Position numbers and translations under genes: made by a program
Shown: positions 46,517 through 50,913 of the stretch, piece after piece
Numbering within the stretch: the stretch's first letter is position 1
Layout: every line of letters begins with the position of its first letter
Notes under the pieces: generated by a model
What the model saw: the letters and a program-made list of their open reading frames with translations, nothing else
The model's database searches: none
Told to the model about the DNA's origin: nothing
Source: Hydrurus foetidus
Lineage: Eukaryota
Assembly (NCBI GenBank): GCA_900617105.1
Contig: UYFQ01000602.1
Coordinates: 1-50,913, forward strand
DNA length: 50,913 nucleotides
Direction of reading: 5' to 3'

Positions 46517-49500
46517 GTGCAGGATAAGGACAGGACAGGCCCAGCTAGCGAGCTGCGCGCCGCGGGGAAGGCCGTAATGGATACGGCCAATTATTCCGAT
46601 AATTTTATTTCATATGACATGATTGAAAAATTAAATGCTACTCACTTATGTTATCCTGCTCTTAAAGCCATAACTGTTTGTAGCGGTCTCGATGGCCAAT
46701 GTTATCTAAATAACGAAATTTGCGATTTAAAAATCCTTTTTCATTCTTACGATGGTGAATGCCATAGCATCAGCCTACCCATGAGGGTCAATCGGAAAAC
46801 CGACATCGACATTTTATTTAGCCGTGAAACGGTAAATAAGTATGATTTTTGGACGTTAACTCCGTTTGCATTCGGCATTTCTCCTGAGCTAAGTGCTGAG
46901 AATAAGAGAAAGAGCGATGCTCGCAGACGCGAATTCGAAAGAAAAGAAGCTTTGGATAAACTCGATCCGTTGTTTCAACACAAATATACGCGTCGTATGA
47001 TAGCGTTGGGTACCGAACCTGATACAGCCGTAGTCGAGTCTTTAACACCTCACTACGACAAGCTGAAATATCCAGGCGGTAAACCACCCTCTAAAAAGAG
47101 AGAAACACACGGATCTTTCGAGTATCCAAACAAGAAGAGCATATTGCATGGTCAATCTTCTTCGAAGAGCAACGTCTCTTGTGTCCATACAATGTCGACA
47201 TGTAACGATACTCAGATGGAGATCGAGGGAGTCATGACCCAAGATCCCTGTGGTGTTGTAGGTTGTGAGCGACTGAATAGTGTCACTACTATTCTCGCAA
47301 AACGTACGGGTGATACACCGCACCTAGGTGGCGACCAGATTCCCACCCCTACAAACACTTCTGAGGACTCTGATACCTTAGACTATGTCACTGAGCCTTT
47401 ATGGCCCAGTGGTGTCGCACTCTCAGTTGACGAGATTGACGATGGCAAGATAGATACGTTTGCCCCCTTCTTGGCGGAGAAACCTAGTCAAGATGACTTG
47501 CCCAAAGGGCCAGAGGATTTCCTCAACGAGATTACCTTTGAAGGAGATGAAAGCTTTCAAAGGAAGCTCCGAGAGCTCTGTTCTGAATATTCAGACATCT
47601 TCAGTGATCAATTAGCTGAGAAACCAGCGTCACTTAAACCCTTTGAGATTAACATCCCACTTGAGTTGTGGGAAAAAGACGAAAACCGTACGCCGGTACG
47701 TCCCCAGTCATCAACAAAAGAGGTTGCTCTCAAAGAAAACCTTGACGAGATGCTTGCATCAGGGTTATAGAGCGATCAGATGCCGCTTATTACAGTCATC
47801 CTGTAATAGTAACTAAGTCACCCGGTAAATTTCGAACCTGCATCGATTACCGGCCACTTAATAGGTGTCTTAAGCCGGCCTCATTCCCGTTACCAAATAT
47901 CAAACACCTCTTTGAGAGGATCGGTAATAAAAAACCGGATATTTTTGGTGTGATGGATTTAACCGCTGGTTACCATCAAGCACCGTTACACCCCGCACAC
48001 CGCATTTTTACGGCATTCATATGCTTTGCGGGGGTATTTCAGTTTACGAGACTGCCCTTTGGTCCGTGTCGAGCCCCCTCTTACTTTCAAGAGCAGATGG
48101 TAACGGCGGTCCTCTATGGCCTTATCTATCATTGTTGCGAGATGTATCTCGACGATTGTATAGTATATGGCAAGGGTGAAGCAGAGTTTCTTACTAACTT
48201 GAAAAAAGTTTTTGCAAGATTTAGACTTTAGACTCAAAGCTAAAAAATGCCGTTTCGGCCTTCCACGTATTGAATACGTTGGCAGAGTCGTTGACAAAGA
48301 TGGTTTATCCATGTCAAAAGAGAAGATAGAAACAGTTTTAAACTTTTCTATACCTAAAAATTTAACCTTACTCAGGTCATTTTTGGGTTTAGCAAACTAT
48401 TTTCGACAGTTTGTACCAATGCATTCCACTTTGGTTAAGCCAATGCAGGATATGATTGATCACTCTGCTCCGAGACGTTCTGCTGTAGTTTGGACTCAAA
48501 AGAGCACCAACTCATTTGTTGACACAAAGATTGCTATATCTCGTTGTCCATTAATGTACTTCATTGATGACAATAAGTTAGACATCCGCTTGTATACAGA
48601 CGCATCCGACTTTGGTATCGGTGGAGTCTTATTCCAAGTTGTTGGTGCCATTTGGCAACCAATTGCTTTCATTAGCAAATCGTTGACACCCACACAAATA
48701 AGGTGGTCTACGATACAAAAAGAGGCTTATGCCATCTTCTATTGTTGTACACAACTCGATTATCTAATCAGAGATCGTACGTTCACTATCCATACGGATC
48801 ATTTGAACATAACATATATGAAACAAAATCCTACCTCAATGGTGGCGAGATGGTTCATTGCTATGCAAGAACTAGATTTTACCGTGGTATTCGTACCCGG
48901 TACTTCAAATGTTTTGGCAGACGCACTGTCAAGGCTTTGTCCTAATCTGACAGAAATTGCTCTGCCGTTACGAACAGAAGAATTGGAATTACTTCCTACT
49001 TCATCATCGTCTTTCACTGTATCAGCTCTGACGGTCATAGAACCGGCTTCAGACGATCAGTTAGAATACATTCAAATGTGCCACAATGCAATTGTCGGTC
49101 ACAACGGCGTAGACCGTACCCTTACTCGGTTGTTTAGTTTACAACAAGTATGGAAACACATGAAACAACATGTACGTACGTTCATACAGAACTGTCCGTG
49201 TTGTCAAAAGTTGAGTGCAAAAGATCCTAAGATCAATGCGTCTCATTTTGCAACTTCAAATTATGCTATCTTCGATACGCTAAATGTTGACTATATTGGT
49301 CCATTTCCTGACAAAGGTTATATCCTAGTCATCATCGATACATTCACACGATGGACAGAATTGTTCTGGTGTGCAGACGCAGATGCTAAATCAGCAGCTG
49401 ACTGTTTGCTTGCGCATTTTGGTCGATTTGGATCACCAAATATGATTAGATCTGATCGAGGATCACATTTCGCAAATGAATTGATCAAAGAATTCTTAGA

Positions 49501-50334
49501 TCTTTGTGGGACACCACATAATCTCACCCTTGCTTACTCGAAACAAGAGAATGCAATTGTTGAAAGAGTCAACAAAGAGGTGAATAGACACTTAAGAGGT
49601 TTAGTTTTTGATAAACAAACCCTTGAGGGATATGCTAAGTCAATCCCATTCGTGCAACGTATCATTAACAGTTCAGTTAATAGACGCACAGGTGTCTGCC
49701 CGCTCATTTATTGTTCGGAAACAAACTTGATTTGAATCGTGGTATTCTCACTCCACACTTAAGTGTCGGAACACATTCAAGATCAACGTACATATCAGAT
49801 TTGATAAGTGTACAAGACAAAGTACTTGAAACTGCGGTTCAAACTTTGTTAAAAGCGGATGCTAAAAACGCCGCGTCAGCTGAATCAGCGACTGTGTTCC
49901 CCGTGGGGTCATATGTCTTATGCCGATACACTGATCGACCTCCAACTCGATTACATACTAAGTGGCATGGCCCTTACTGTATTGTCTCCTTTAAGGGGTC
50001 CGAGTATGTTATCGCTAATCTTGTAAACCACAAGACACGAAGTGTTCATGTCAAAAATTTGAAAATATTCAATTATGACCCAGAGGTAGATATACCTGCT
50101 GACACTGCTCGTCGCGATTACATGGAGTTCGTGGTTGAGAAAGTTCTGGGTCACGCTGGTGACACCAAGAAACCGACTACAATGTCGTTCCATGTTAAAT
50201 GGCTCAACTACGATGACTCTCATAATACATGGGAGCCGTGGAAATCACTACGGCTCTGTGAAGCACTCCATGATTATTTACGGGATCATAAAATGAAACA
50301 TTTCATTCCCAAAAACATTGAGACATCAGCCTAA
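46517..50334 (+). pseudogene. pol: Pol of gypsy copy 3 (protease, RT, RNase H, integrase, chromodomain), split by small indels
   Basis: Four consecutive ORFs matching the copy 2 Pol. Breaks near 47762, 48225 and 49703. Confidence 0.92.
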
Positions 50335-50888
50335 GTTGCTGATCTCGAACGTATTATCTTTTGAAGATTTTTCCTAATTTTTCCCTCTATGAGGTTTTTA
50401 TGGTTTTAGTCAGTAAAAATCTGACATAATTACGTATCGAGGTCTCGTGCGCAAGTACATGGTACTAGGCACCCACCTTATCACCTTGACCGACCCACCA
50501 CCCAGTCTATTTGTATAGATTTTTATTTTTTATACATTTCAATGTATTATGAGATTTACATATTTGTAATCTTTTTCTTTATTCTTCCTTTAGTTAGTTT
50601 TAGTTGTATTAGATTTTTGTACAAAACGTGGTGGTCGCGTCATAGGTTCTTTTTCTTCAGAAAAAAGATAAGTGGGGGTGATGTGGTCGGACCGGCTATA
50701 CCGGGCCTACGGGCCGTACCGGACCTAGTCCCGATCCATCCGATCCTACCGCCTACTGTACACATACATCTCTAGCGCAGCTGCTAGCTAGCTCTAGCCT
50801 ACTCGTAGAAGTTATCCTAGCTTCTAGCTTAGAGCCTGTAACTAACTAACACCTTCCTTCCATCGACCTACTTCCTATCTGGACTACA

Positions 50889-50913
50889 GCATCTACAGCA
50901 GAGTCAGAAATAA
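50889..50913 (+). other. Probable resumption of the copia element (RNase H motif)
   Basis: GCA TCT ACA GCA GAG TCA GAA ATA = ASTAESEI, resembling the copia RNase H S-S/T-x-E-A/S-E motif. Only 25 bp visible. Confidence 0.45.

Larger units (their letters stand above)
44316..50888 (+). mobile_element. Gypsy family A copy 3, nearly full length, 5' LTR truncated to 28 bp
   Basis: LTR remnant 44316-44343, 560-bp leader, gag, pol, PPT 50661-50681, complete 3' LTR 50682-50888. Confidence 0.95.

Noticed and set aside
1..50913. Alternative genetic code, or rRNA/tRNA genes
   Set aside because: TAA, TAG and TGA all appear to end plausible ORFs. No structured RNA gene was recognisable by eye.

Overview
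Eukaryotic, intron-containing genomic DNA dominated by nested transposable elements. A stramenopile/algal-type host is an inference from protein style, not a proven assignment. Three host genes lie on the minus strand: a large Ser/Pro/Thr-repeat mucin-like type-I membrane protein (about 9.7-14.8 kb), a small two-exon FCS-type zinc-finger protein (16.0-16.7 kb) and an eight-exon P2B Ca2+-ATPase (18.2-22.3 kb). Mobile elements: three near-identical copies of a chromodomain-bearing Ty3/gypsy retrotransposon (family A; 207-bp LTRs, 4-bp TSD, a palindrome where a tRNA PBS should be); rearranged remains of a related family B; a 13.4-kb Sola2-like DDD DNA transposon with TIRs and a 4-bp TSD, whose transposase is split by a gypsy insertion, has an intron made almost wholly of a 23-bp minisatellite and is internally tandem-duplicated; a defective Ty1/copia element with a CCCH finger and about 2 kb of unexplained coding sequence between Gag and protease; and three TA-flanked MITEs sharing CCGTCnAGT termini. 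Many frameshifts sit in homopolymers or noisy patches and may be long-read consensus errors.
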